The notes: generated from the letters alone by a model not told the origin. Shown: positions 36,110 to 45,407, counted from the stretch's first letter. The stretch: 64,000 nucleotides of DNA from Mycobacteriales bacterium (GCA_046593875.1 JBKJQQ010000241.1:18455-82454), one strand, 5' to 3'. Translations and numbers: made by a program.

Positions 36110-37150
36110 ATGATCAGGTGGCGCCGCGGCGAGGTCGTGTCGCTGGGTCGCTCGTGGTCCGGAGCGCAGGAGCTGGACGTGTCCGTCGAGGGCGCCGTCG
36201 TGCGGGCGCTGGCCCACCCGCCGCTGGTCGGCCAGCCGGAGGTCGGTGACGCCGTGCTGCTCAACGTCGGAGCGCTCGACCTGGGGCTCGGCACCGGCGG
36301 CTACGCCCTGGTCGTCGCCCTGCCCGACCGGCTGCCCCCCGACGTGGACGGCCCGGGCCACCTCGTGAAGGCCCGCTACACGCCCCTGCAGACCGTCGTG
36401 CTGGGCGCGGACGAGCAGGACTCCCCCACCCGCGCGCTCGTGGCCGACGACGTGCCGCTGCCCGGCACCCCGGTCGTCGTGGCCGACCTGCACTCGTCCT
36501 TGCCCGCAGTGCTGGCCGGCGTCCTGGCCGCCCGGCCCGGGACGCGGGTGGCGTACGTCATGACCGACGGCGGGGCGCTGCCGCTGTGGTTCAGCCGGAC
36601 CGTCGCCGCCCTGCGCGACCGGCTGGCGGGGACGGTCACCGTCGGACAGGCCTTCGGCGGCGACCTGGAGGCGGTCACCCTGCACAGCGGGCTGCTGGCG
36701 GCGGTGCGGGTCCAGGGGGCCGAGGTCGTGGTCGTCACGCAGGGACCGGGCAACCTCGGCACCGGGACGTCGTGGGGCTTCTCCGGTGTGGCGGCGGGCG
36801 AGGCCGTCAACGCTGCCGCGGCGGTCGGTGGACGGCCGGTGGCGGTGCTCAGGATGTCGCAGGCCGACCCCCGCCCCCGGCACCGCGGGGTGAGCCACCA
36901 CAGCACGACGGCGTACGGGAAGGTCGCCCTGGCGTCGGCCGACGTGGTGGTGCCGGTCTCGCAGGCGGCACTCGTCGACGCCACCGCCTTCCCCCGGCAC
37001 CGGCTCGTCCGGGTCGAGGACGCCGATCTGGTCGAGGTCCTGACGCCGTGGGCACCGCTGCTGTCGTCGATGGGTCGCGGGCTCGCTGACGACCCGTTGG
37101 CCTTCGTCGCCGCCGCGGCGGCGGGGCGGCACGCCGCGGGGCTGCTCTGA
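36110..37150 (+). CDS. DUF3866 family protein
   Basis: GHLVKARYTPLQT, VTQGPGNLGTGT and RHRGVSHHS, as I recall for DUF3866. Its biochemical function is unknown. Confidence 0.7.
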   Translation: MIRWRRGEVVSLGRSWSGAQELDVSVEGAVVRALAHPPLVGQPEVGDAVLLNVGALDLGLGTGGYALVVALPDRLPPDVDGPGHLVKARYTPLQTVVLGADEQDSPTRALVADDVPLPGTPVVVADLHSSLPAVLAGVLAARPGTRVAYVMTDGGALPLWFSRTVAALRDRLAGTVTVGQAFGGDLEAVTLHSGLLAAVRVQGAEVVVVTQGPGNLGTGTSWGFSGVAAGEAVNAAAAVGGRPVAVLRMSQADPRPRHRGVSHHSTTAYGKVALASADVVVPVSQAALVDATAFPRHRLVRVEDADLVEVLTPWAPLLSSMGRGLADDPLAFVAAAAAGRHAAGLL

Positions 37151-38631
37151 TGAGCCTCGGCGGCACGGCGGCCGCGTTGGAACGTCGGCTCGGCCTGTCC
37201 GTCTTCGCGGCCAACCTCGGCGGAGCGGTGGTCGTCTACGTCTTCCTCAGCTACCTGCTCGTCACCCCTGTCGACCTGCTCGACGGCGGCCGCCTGCAGC
37301 GGCTGAACAACGTCCTGTTCGTCGTCTACATGGCCTTCACCGCGGGAGGTGGCCACCTGCTGGGCCTGCGCCTGAACCGCCCGCTGCTCGAATGGCTGAC
37401 CAGCGGGCGGCCGGGAGACGCCGCCGCGCGCGCCGCCGTGCTGCGCGCCCCGCTCAGCATGTCGCTGATGAGCGGCGGGTTCTGGGCCGTCGCCGCGCTG
37501 GTGTTCGGCCTGGTCAACGGCGAGTTCCTGCTGCCCCTCGGCGTCCAGGTGGCGCTGACCATCGCGCTGGGCGGGCTCACCACCGTCTCGCTGACCTACC
37601 TGCTCGCCGAACGGGTGCTGCGGCCGGCCGTGACGCTCGCGCACGCTGGGAGCCCCGAGGCGCCCCCGGTGCTGCTCAGCGTGACCCGTCGGATGGTCGT
37701 GGCGTGGGCGGTCGGCAGCGGGGTGCCCCTGCTCGGGATCGCCCTCGGCGTCGTGGAGCTCATCGACGAGAGCCCGCTCAGCGATGCGGGTCTGCTGTTC
37801 CTGGTCGGCTGCGGGCTGGTCGCCGGTCTGCTCGCCACGGTGGCCGCGGCGCGGGCGGTCGCGGACCCGATCCAGTCCGTAGCCACAGCCCTGCGGGAGG
37901 TCGGCGAGGGACGGCTCGACACGTCTGTGCCGGTCTACGACGCGTCCGAGATCGGGCGCCTGCAAGCTGGTTTCAACGCCATGGTCGGCGGCCTGCGGGA
38001 GCGGGCCACCCTCCAGGACCTGTTCGGTCGGCAGGTCGGCGTCGACGTGGCGCGGCTGGCCGTGGAGCGCGGCGTGCGCCTCGGCGGCGAGCGGCGCGAG
38101 GTGGCGGTGCTCTACGTCGACGTCATCGGCTCGACCGCGCTGGCCGTCACGCACGACCCCGAGGAGGTCGTCCTCCAGCTCAACCAGTTCTTCGGCGTCG
38201 TCGTCGACGCGGTGGCCGCCGAGGGCGGCTGGGTCAACAAGTTCGAGGGCGACGCAGCGCTGTGCGTGTTCGGGGCGCCCGTGGAGCGGGCGGATGCCCG
38301 CGCCGGAGCCCTGGCCGCGGCCCGGGCCCTGGCCCGTGGGCTCGAGCCGCTCGTGCTCGAGGCCGCGATCGGCGTCTGCGCCGGCTGGGTCGTCGCGGGC
38401 AACGTCGGCACCGAGAGCCGCTTCGAGTACACCGTCATCGGCGACGCGGTCAACGCGGCGGCGCGGCTGGCCGAGCTGGCCCGGGAGCAGCCCGGCCACC
38501 TGCTGGCCGACGGCGACGTGGTGGAGCAGGCCGGCGCGGAGGCCGCGCACTGGGAGATCGGCCCGCCGGTCGTGCTGCGTGGGCGGGTCGCGCCCACCCG
38601 GCTGGCCCGGCCGTCTGCCCCTCCCGAGTAG
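37150..38631 (+). CDS. membrane-bound class III adenylate cyclase with a HAMP domain
   Basis: Multi-TM N terminus. HAMP region (PIQSVATALREVGEGRLDTSVPVYDASEIGRLQAGFNAMV). Cyclase domain (VAVLYVDVIGSTAL, KFEGDAALCVFGAP, TVIGDAVNAAARL). Confidence 0.85.
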   Translation: MSLGGTAAALERRLGLSVFAANLGGAVVVYVFLSYLLVTPVDLLDGGRLQRLNNVLFVVYMAFTAGGGHLLGLRLNRPLLEWLTSGRPGDAAARAAVLRAPLSMSLMSGGFWAVAALVFGLVNGEFLLPLGVQVALTIALGGLTTVSLTYLLAERVLRPAVTLAHAGSPEAPPVLLSVTRRMVVAWAVGSGVPLLGIALGVVELIDESPLSDAGLLFLVGCGLVAGLLATVAAARAVADPIQSVATALREVGEGRLDTSVPVYDASEIGRLQAGFNAMVGGLRERATLQDLFGRQVGVDVARLAVERGVRLGGERREVAVLYVDVIGSTALAVTHDPEEVVLQLNQFFGVVVDAVAAEGGWVNKFEGDAALCVFGAPVERADARAGALAAARALARGLEPLVLEAAIGVCAGWVVAGNVGTESRFEYTVIGDAVNAAARLAELAREQPGHLLADGDVVEQAGAEAAHWEIGPPVVLRGRVAPTRLARPSAPPE

Positions 38632-38652
38632 TCCGTTGGGACCATCTCTCGG

Positions 38653-40905
38653 GTGGTTCGCCCCTTCTTCCTGGCATCTGGCCCGTGGAACGCCCACTCT
38701 CACAGGGTGACCGACTCCGACCAGGTGTGGCTGGATGTCGCCGGCGGCGTCCTGGCGCACGTCCGGAGCGTCCTGGGCTTCGAGATGGCGGTGCTGTCGC
38801 GGCGCACCGGCGACGACTACGTGGTGCTCGCCGCCGAGGACGACTGCTACGGGGTGCGCGCCGGCGACGTCCTCCCCTGGGACGACACGTTCTGCGCCCG
38901 GATGGTCGACGGACGCGCGCCGTCGTTCGCCCCGGACGCGACCGTCGTCCCGGCCTACGTCGAGGCCGGCGAGCTGCTCGGCATGGACGTCGGCGCCTAC
39001 GTCTCGCTCCCGCTCGTCGGCGCGGACGGCGCCTTGCTCGGGACCCTGTGCGCCGCCAGCGCCCGGCCGCAGACCAGCGCCCTGCTCGCGCACGAGGACG
39101 TGCTGCGCGTGCTGTCCGGCACCGTGGGGGCGCTGCTGGACTCCGAGCTCAGGCTCCAGCGTGAGTCTCGACGGGCCGAGCGGGCGGAGGCCGTCGCGCA
39201 CGTCGACCCGCTGACGGGCTTGGGCAACCGCCGGCTGTGGGACCGGGCCCTGGCCTCCGAGGAGCGCCGCTGCGCGTCCTTCGGGCTGCCCGCGGGCCTG
39301 CTGGCCGTCGACGTCGACGGGCTCAAGGCGCACAACGACCTGGTCGGTCACGAGGCCGGCGACGCGCTGCTCCGGACGGTGGCGGCGGCGCTGCTCGCGG
39401 CCACCGGACCGGACGACGTGCTGGCCCGGACCGGGGGCGACGAGTTCGCGGTGCTGCTGCCCGAGAGCGACGCCGCGCGGGTCGGCGCGGTCGTGGCGGC
39501 CCTCCGCGAGGCGTTGGCCGAGCGGGGCGTGTCGGCCGGCATCGGCTCGGCGCAGCGCGGCCGCGAGGGCCTCGCCACCGCGTGGCGCGCCGCCGACGCC
39601 GCGCTGCTGCTGGACAAGCGCCGGGCGCGCGAGGTCCTGCGCCCAGCCTCGACGCCCGCACCGGTCCCGGACGCGTCGGTCGACGACGTGCTGCTGGAGG
39701 AGCTCCTCGTGCTGGCCCGCCGCCAGCTCGGCGCGGCCATCTCCTTCGTGGGCGAGTGGCGCGGCGGCCCGTCCGGCGTCCGGGTCATGCGCGGCGTGTC
39801 GGCCGACTTCCCCCTTCCGGTGGGTCGGGGGTCGACCGAGGCGCTCGACGGCACCTACTGCCAGCGCATCCTCGACGGCCGCCTCCCCCGGGTCATCCCG
39901 GACACCTCGCGCGAGCCCGAGGCGATGGCCCTGCCGATCACCTCCGCCCTGCCGATCGGCTCCTACGTCGGCGTCCCGGTCGTGCTGTCCGACGGACAGC
40001 TGTACGGGACGCTGTGCTGCCTGTCGCCGACACCGGACACCTCCCTGTCGGACCGGGATGCGGACTTCCTCGCCGCGATCGCCAGGAGCATGGCGCGGGT
40101 GCTCGAGGCCGAGCTGCGCGAGCGGGCCGTGCGCAGCGCCCTGGTGGCCCGCCTGGACCCGGTGGTGCGCGGGCGCGGCCTGTCGGTCGTCTACCAGCCG
40201 GTCATGCGCCTCGTCGACGGCGCCCTGGTCGGGCTCGAGGCACTGGCCCGTTTCGGCGTGGACGGCCACGGGGCGCCCGGTCCGTGGTTCGGCGACGCCG
40301 CCGCGGCCGGGCTCACCGGTGACCTCGAGATCGCGGCTGCGCGCGCCGCCCTGCTCGCCGCGCCGGCCCTGCCCGGCTTCCTGGCGCTCAACTTCTCCGC
40401 CACCACGATCCGCAGCCCGGCCTTCGCGACCCTGCTCGATGGGCACGACCCGCAGCGGCTGGTCGTCGAGGTCAGCGAGCACGAGGAGATCGAGGACTAC
40501 GCGGCGCTGGTGGACGCGCTCCGGCCGTGGCGGGCGGCGGGGCTGCGGGTCGCCGTGGACGACGCCGGCGCCGGCTTCGCCAGCCTGCGCCACGTCGTGC
40601 TGCTCGCCCCCGACCTCATCAAGCTCGACCTGTCGCTGGTCCGCGGCATCGACGGTGACCGCACCCGGCAGTCGCTGGCGATGGCGCTGACGACCTTCGC
40701 GCGCAGTGCCGGCGCCGAGGTCCTCGCCGAGGGCGTCGAGACCGAGGCCGAGCGCGACGTGCTCGCCGAGGCCGGCGTCACGCTCGTGCAGGGCTGGCTC
40801 TTCGGCGCCGGTCTGCCCGGGCCGCAGATCGCCGAGCGCTACGGACGTCGGACCAGCGGGCTGCCCGCTCCTCGGCTCGGCGGGGGCAGGGGCGTCAGGG
40901 CCTGA
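38653..40905 (+). CDS. GAF-GGDEF-GAF-EAL c-di-GMP turnover protein
   Basis: DPLTGLGNRR ... RTGGDEFAVLL (GGDEF domain). YQPV ... LEALARF, EVSEHE, DDAGAGFASL, IKLD, AEGVETE, QGW (EAL catalytic set). GAF-like segments precede each domain. GTG 38707 is an alternative start. Confidence 0.85.
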   Translation: MVRPFFLASGPWNAHSHRVTDSDQVWLDVAGGVLAHVRSVLGFEMAVLSRRTGDDYVVLAAEDDCYGVRAGDVLPWDDTFCARMVDGRAPSFAPDATVVPAYVEAGELLGMDVGAYVSLPLVGADGALLGTLCAASARPQTSALLAHEDVLRVLSGTVGALLDSELRLQRESRRAERAEAVAHVDPLTGLGNRRLWDRALASEERRCASFGLPAGLLAVDVDGLKAHNDLVGHEAGDALLRTVAAALLAATGPDDVLARTGGDEFAVLLPESDAARVGAVVAALREALAERGVSAGIGSAQRGREGLATAWRAADAALLLDKRRAREVLRPASTPAPVPDASVDDVLLEELLVLARRQLGAAISFVGEWRGGPSGVRVMRGVSADFPLPVGRGSTEALDGTYCQRILDGRLPRVIPDTSREPEAMALPITSALPIGSYVGVPVVLSDGQLYGTLCCLSPTPDTSLSDRDADFLAAIARSMARVLEAELRERAVRSALVARLDPVVRGRGLSVVYQPVMRLVDGALVGLEALARFGVDGHGAPGPWFGDAAAAGLTGDLEIAAARAALLAAPALPGFLALNFSATTIRSPAFATLLDGHDPQRLVVEVSEHEEIEDYAALVDALRPWRAAGLRVAVDDAGAGFASLRHVVLLAPDLIKLDLSLVRGIDGDRTRQSLAMALTTFARSAGAEVLAEGVETEAERDVLAEAGVTLVQGWLFGAGLPGPQIAERYGRRTSGLPAPRLGGGRGVRA

Positions 40906-41767
40906 CCGCGTCCCGCAGCGCGCCGGCCTGACTGCTGCGCAGGGACTTCGAGGCGTACATCCGCGCGTCCGCCTCCTCGAGGACCGAGCTCGGGTCCTCC
41001 CCGGGTTGGAGCAGGCTGGTCCCCACGGACACACCGACCACGACCACGACGCGTCCCGGCAGGATCATCGGCTGCCGCATCGCGTTGAGCACCCGGCGGG
41101 TCAGCCCCTCGGGGCTGGCCGCGGGGTCCGGTGGCGCGACGATGACGAACTCGTCGCCCCCGAGCCGGGCCACGAGGTCCTCGCCGCGAACGGCCAGCGT
41201 CAGTCGGCGTCCGACCTCGACGAGGACCGCATCGCCCGCGGCGTGGCCGTAGGTGTCGTTGACGGCCTTGAAGCCGTTGAGGTCGCAGAACAGCACCGAG
41301 GCGCCGCTGCCCGACAGCGTCGTCAGGACCTCGAGCAGCCGGGTGCGGTTGGGCAGCCCCGTCAGCTCGTCGGTCCGGGTACGGGCGAGCAGGTCCTCGG
41401 CCGCCGACCGCGCCAGGCTGACGTCGACGCCCACGCAGGCGAGCAGTGGGGGTGCGTCCTGGACCCGGGCGGTCGTCCAGGCCAAGGTGCGGCGCCCACC
41501 CTCGGAGCCGGGGGGCAGGTCGTGCTCGTGGGACTGCGCGACCCCGGTGCGCGCGACGCCGCGCAGGACGTGCAGCAGGTCCACGTGGTCGCGTGCCGCA
41601 GCCATGACCGGCGTCACGTCCCCGCCGACGACCCCCGGTCGCAGGCGCAGGCTCTGGTGCCCCGCGGGGTTGGCGTCGACCAGGCGGCCCGCGCCGTCGA
41701 CGAGCAGCACCACGGCGGCCGTCGCGTCGAGCAGGGACGGGGCCAGGGCGGACAGCGCGCTGGTCAC
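40895..41767 (-). CDS. PAS-GGDEF diguanylate cyclase (with an RxxD I-site)
   Basis: LLDATAAVVLLVDGAGRLVDANPAG (PAS-like), DELTGLPNR, RGEDLVARLGGDEFVIV. The GTG 41767 overlaps the upstream stop. Confidence 0.8.
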   Translation of the reverse strand: MTSALSALAPSLLDATAAVVLLVDGAGRLVDANPAGHQSLRLRPGVVGGDVTPVMAAARDHVDLLHVLRGVARTGVAQSHEHDLPPGSEGGRRTLAWTTARVQDAPPLLACVGVDVSLARSAAEDLLARTRTDELTGLPNRTRLLEVLTTLSGSGASVLFCDLNGFKAVNDTYGHAAGDAVLVEVGRRLTLAVRGEDLVARLGGDEFVIVAPPDPAASPEGLTRRVLNAMRQPMILPGRVVVVVGVSVGTSLLQPGEDPSSVLEEADARMYASKSLRSSQAGALRDAVRP

Positions 41768-42714
41768 GGCGCGCCGTCCTCGGCCACCGACACCCGGTTG
41801 CGTCCGGCCTCCTTTGCGGCGTAGAGCGCGCCGTCGGCCGAAGCCACCAGCCCGCGCAGGTCGCCGAGCTCGCCGACCGCCCCGCCCGCGCTCACCGTGA
41901 TGTCCAGCGTGCCGCCGGTGCCGACCGCGAGCGGGGTCACGTCGACGGCGGCGCGCAGGCGCTCGGCGAGGTCCACGACGGCGCTCCGGTCGCCGTCGGT
42001 GAGCAGGGCCACGAACTCCTCGCCGCCCCAGCGCACGAGGGTCTCGCCATCGCACGTCGCGCGGCGCATCCGGGCGGCGACGGTGGCGAGCACCGCGTCC
42101 CCGACGAGGTGGCCGTGCTCGTCGTTGACCTTCTTGAAGTGGTCGATGTCGACCATGACGACCCCGACCGGCAGACCGGCGCCGCGACCGGCGAGCAGTC
42201 CGTCGACGACCTGCTCCAGGTGGCGACGGTTCGGCAGTCCGGTCAGCGGGTCGGTGTTGCTCAGGGCATCGAGCTCGCGCGCCCGTCGCTGCAGCTCGTC
42301 GTGGCGCTGGGACAGGCGCATCGCGGTGCTCACTCGGGCGACGAGCTCGCTGCTCTCGCAGGGCTTTTTGAGGTAGTCGTGCGCGCCGAGGTCGAGGCCG
42401 CGCGCGACCTCACCGCCCGCGATGCGCGCCGTCAGGAACAGCACGGGCAGCCACCGCAGGTGCGGGTCCTCCTGCATGCGCTGCATCGTCGCCAGTCCGT
42501 CGAGCACGGGCATGTCCACGTCGAGCAGCACGAGGTCGGGTCGGTCCACCCGGCAGGACGTCAGCCCCTGCTCGCCGTCAGCGGCCTCGTTTACCCGGTA
42601 ACCGGCGGCCTCGAGGTCACGCCGGAGGATCCGCCGCACAGTGCTCGAGTCGTCGACGACGAGCACAGTCGCGACGCGCACGCGGTCCGGGCCGCGTCGC
42701 TCGTCGGCCGTCAC
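41764..42714 (-). CDS. response regulator-diguanylate cyclase (REC-GGDEF, WspR/PleD-like)
   Basis: VLVVDDSSTVRR, DLVLLDVDMPVLDG, LTAR (REC domain). DPLTGLPNRR ... RWGGEEFVALL (GGDEF domain). Confidence 0.9.
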   Translation of the reverse strand: MTADERRGPDRVRVATVLVVDDSSTVRRILRRDLEAAGYRVNEAADGEQGLTSCRVDRPDLVLLDVDMPVLDGLATMQRMQEDPHLRWLPVLFLTARIAGGEVARGLDLGAHDYLKKPCESSELVARVSTAMRLSQRHDELQRRARELDALSNTDPLTGLPNRRHLEQVVDGLLAGRGAGLPVGVVMVDIDHFKKVNDEHGHLVGDAVLATVAARMRRATCDGETLVRWGGEEFVALLTDGDRSAVVDLAERLRAAVDVTPLAVGTGGTLDITVSAGGAVGELGDLRGLVASADGALYAAKEAGRNRVSVAEDGAP

Positions 42715-43172
42715 GGGTCACCGTCGGCAGTCCTGCGGAGGACCGAGATGACCAGCGGCTGCTCCAGCGACAGGAACGTCGCCGTCGCCTCGACGTGGGT
42801 GCCCAGGACGCGCAGGGCGTAGTCGGCTCCGTGCGCGACGGTGGGCAGCGAGATGCGGGACGGCTCGGGGAGGAGCGCCTTGATGTTGCCCGCGAGCATG
42901 TTGGTCAGCTCGCCGACGGTGTCGTGCACCTCCTCGGGCGTGCAGGCGCCCTCAGGCCGGAACAGCTCGGCGGACAGCCGCTCGGCCAGCGACTGCGGGC
43001 ACTGCAGCATGACCGCGCCGTTCCACGCGCCATCGATCTGGATGCAGCCGGTCATGACCTGCGCGTCCCCCGCCAGCCCCACCCCGGCGGGGGCGAGGTC
43101 GAGGGGGAAGCTGAAGAGCGTCTCCCAGATGCTCTGCGCGATCTGCGCGATGTCCTGCTCTACCTCGGTCAC
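42711..43172 (-). CDS. cheX: CheX/CheC-family chemotaxis phosphatase
   Basis: The GTG 43172 overlaps the cheR stop. IAQSIWETLFSF ... GELTNMLAGNIK resembles the CheX E-x2-N region. Confidence 0.7.
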   Translation of the reverse strand: MTEVEQDIAQIAQSIWETLFSFPLDLAPAGVGLAGDAQVMTGCIQIDGAWNGAVMLQCPQSLAERLSAELFRPEGACTPEEVHDTVGELTNMLAGNIKALLPEPSRISLPTVAHGADYALRVLGTHVEATATFLSLEQPLVISVLRRTADGDP

Positions 43173-43987
43173 TGCTGCCCTCCTGCGGCCATCGGTCTGT
43201 ACATCGACGTGCGCCCCACCTGCAACCGCTCCCAGCCCTCGTCCAGTCCGTACGTCGTCTCCGCGCCGCCCAGCGAGAGCAGACCACCCGGCGCCAGGAC
43301 GCGGGCGACCTGGGTCAGGACGGCGCGCTTGGCCTCGGGTCCGAAGTAGATCAGGACGTTGCGCAGCAGCACGAGGTCCATCGGGGGAAGGCTCGGCCAC
43401 GGCTTGGCCAGGTTGAGCTGCCGGAACTCCACCCGGCGGCGCAGGTGCTCGCGCACCCGCCAACCGGCGCCGTCCCGCTCGAAGTGCTTGACGAGCAGGG
43501 CGGCCGGCAGCCCGCGGTTGACGTCCAGCTGCGTGAAGGTGCCGCGGGCGGCGCGGGCGAGGACGTCGCGTGACAGGTCGGTGGCCAGGATCGTGGCGTC
43601 GGCGGTCGGGAAGTGGTCGGCCAGCAGCATCGCCAGGCTGTACGCCTCCTGGCCGGTGGAGGACGCCGCCGACCACAGCCGGAGCCTTCCGCCGCGCCGG
43701 GCCAGGGCTGCCGGCAGGACGACGTCACGCAGCGCGTCGAAGGGGTGCACGTCGCGGAAGAACGAGGTCTCGTTGGTGGTCATGGCCTCGACCACGTCGT
43801 CGCGCAGCGCGGTCGATCCCTGTCGCAGCAGCGCGAGGAGCTCGGCTACGGACGACAGTCCCTCGCGTTCGGCGAGCGGGGCCAGCCGCGCCTCGACGAG
43901 GTACTCCTTGCCGTCGTTCAGCACCAGCGCACTGCGCTCCTGGACCAGGGAGCGGACGTACTGGAAGTCGCCGGCGGGCAGCGCCAC
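43169..43987 (-). CDS. cheR: chemotaxis protein methyltransferase CheR
   Basis: MTTNETSFFRD, LWSAASSTGQEAYSLAML, LLRNVLIYF. Confidence 0.9.
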   Translation of the reverse strand: MALPAGDFQYVRSLVQERSALVLNDGKEYLVEARLAPLAEREGLSSVAELLALLRQGSTALRDDVVEAMTTNETSFFRDVHPFDALRDVVLPAALARRGGRLRLWSAASSTGQEAYSLAMLLADHFPTADATILATDLSRDVLARAARGTFTQLDVNRGLPAALLVKHFERDGAGWRVREHLRRRVEFRQLNLAKPWPSLPPMDLVLLRNVLIYFGPEAKRAVLTQVARVLAPGGLLSLGGAETTYGLDEGWERLQVGRTSMYRPMAAGGQQ

Positions 43988-45034
43988 TCAGCGTCCCGCG
44001 GTGACGCGGTCGACTAGGCCGGCGCCCAGCGCCTCGATCGGCAGCGCGGCCTGCGCGAGCCCGGCCCGCACCACGCTGCTCGGCATGCTCCCGATGACGC
44101 AGCTCGCGGGGTCCTGCACCACCACCTGACCGCCTGCGGCGCGGACCGCCTGGCAGCCGATCAGTCCGTCCGATCCCATGCCGGTCATCACCACGCCGAG
44201 CACCCCCGCGCCGAAGACCGCAGCGGCGGAGCGGAACAGGACATCGGCTGCCGGCCGGCAGGAGTTCTCCGGCGGGCCGTCGCCGAGCGCGACCTGGACG
44301 ATCCCTCCGCTGCGGGCCAGCGCAAGGTGCCGACCGCCGGGGGCGAGGTAGACGTGACCGGGCCGCACCTGCTCTCCCTGGACCGCTTCGCCGACCGACA
44401 GCGGCGAACCGCGGTCGAGTCGCTCGGCCAGCAGCCGGGTGAAGACCGGCGGCATGTGCTGTACGACCAGCAGGGGCACCGGGAAGCTGGCGGGCAGTCC
44501 GGCGAGCAGGACGCTCAGCGCATCCGGGCCACCGGTCGAGATGCCGACGACGACGACCTGGAGCGGCGCACGGGGACCGGGCGCGGCGGCCGCGGGAACG
44601 AACGTGCTCAGCGCCTCGCGCGGTGCGGCGAGTCCCTTGACCAGCGGTGCCAGGTGCTCGACGACATAGGCCTCGGCCAGCTCGACCGAGGACGCGGTCG
44701 GCTTGAGGACGAAGTCGACGGCGCCGAGCGACAGGGCATCCAGGGTCGATGCCGCGCCACGCTCGTCCAGGCTGCTGAACAGGACGACGGGCAGGTCGGG
44801 GTGCGTGCGCCGGAGCTCGCTCAGCGTGCCGAAGCCGTCCAGCTCGGGCATCTCGAGGTCGAGCACGACGACGTCCGGGCGGGAGTGCCGGATCTTGTCG
44901 AGAGCCAGCCGGCCGTTGGCGGCGAAGTCGGTGCGGGCGATCGCCGGGTCCCGCTCGAGCGCCCGTGCGACGACGCGGCGCATGACCACGGAGTCGTCCA
45001 CGACCAGCACCCGCACCGGGGCGACGGGCGGCAC
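43988..45034 (-). CDS. cheB: protein-glutamate methylesterase CheB (REC plus esterase)
   Basis: VLVVDDSVVMRR, DVVVLDLEMPELDG, GISTGGPDAL, VVQHMP, TGMGSDG. Confidence 0.9.
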   Translation of the reverse strand: MPPVAPVRVLVVDDSVVMRRVVARALERDPAIARTDFAANGRLALDKIRHSRPDVVVLDLEMPELDGFGTLSELRRTHPDLPVVLFSSLDERGAASTLDALSLGAVDFVLKPTASSVELAEAYVVEHLAPLVKGLAAPREALSTFVPAAAAPGPRAPLQVVVVGISTGGPDALSVLLAGLPASFPVPLLVVQHMPPVFTRLLAERLDRGSPLSVGEAVQGEQVRPGHVYLAPGGRHLALARSGGIVQVALGDGPPENSCRPAADVLFRSAAAVFGAGVLGVVMTGMGSDGLIGCQAVRAAGGQVVVQDPASCVIGSMPSSVVRAGLAQAALPIEALGAGLVDRVTAGR

Positions 45035-45038
45035 GGTC

Positions 45039-45407
45039 CTAGACCTCGAAGCCGAGCAGGTGCAGCTTGTCGAGGACGGCCTCGCGGGTGAACGGCTTCA
45101 TTAGGTACTCGTCCGCGCCGGCGGTGAGGGCGTGCATCACCTGCGGGATCTCGGTCTCGGTCGTCACCATGACGACCTTCGCGGTGGACGAGTGCGGCGG
45201 TTGCCGGACGGCCTGCAGGAACTCGATGCCGGTCATCTCCGGCATGTTCCAGTCGAGCAGCACGAGCTCCGGGACGAGGCCTCCGGCAAGCAGGTCCAGC
45301 CCCTCGCGGCCGTTGCCTGCCTCCGCGACCTCGAAGCCGAGACCGCGCAGCATGCGTCCCAGGATCATGCGCATCGCCCGCGAGTCGTCGATCACCAGGG
45401 ACTGCAC
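45039..45407 (-). CDS. cheY: single-domain response regulator CheY
   Basis: LVIDDSRAMR, LVLLDWNMPEMTG, MVTTE, YLMKPF. Confidence 0.9.
   Translation of the reverse strand: MQSLVIDDSRAMRMILGRMLRGLGFEVAEAGNGREGLDLLAGGLVPELVLLDWNMPEMTGIEFLQAVRQPPHSSTAKVVMVTTETEIPQVMHALTAGADEYLMKPFTREAVLDKLHLLGFEV

Noticed and set aside
36376-41034. 1552-aa ORF on the minus strand, the longest in the track
   Set aside because: It is antisense to three plus-strand genes that carry unambiguous HAMP/cyclase, GGDEF and EAL motifs. Its translation is Arg/Gly/Pro/Ala-rich low complexity with no recognisable domain. This is the typical stop-poor antisense frame of high-GC DNA.
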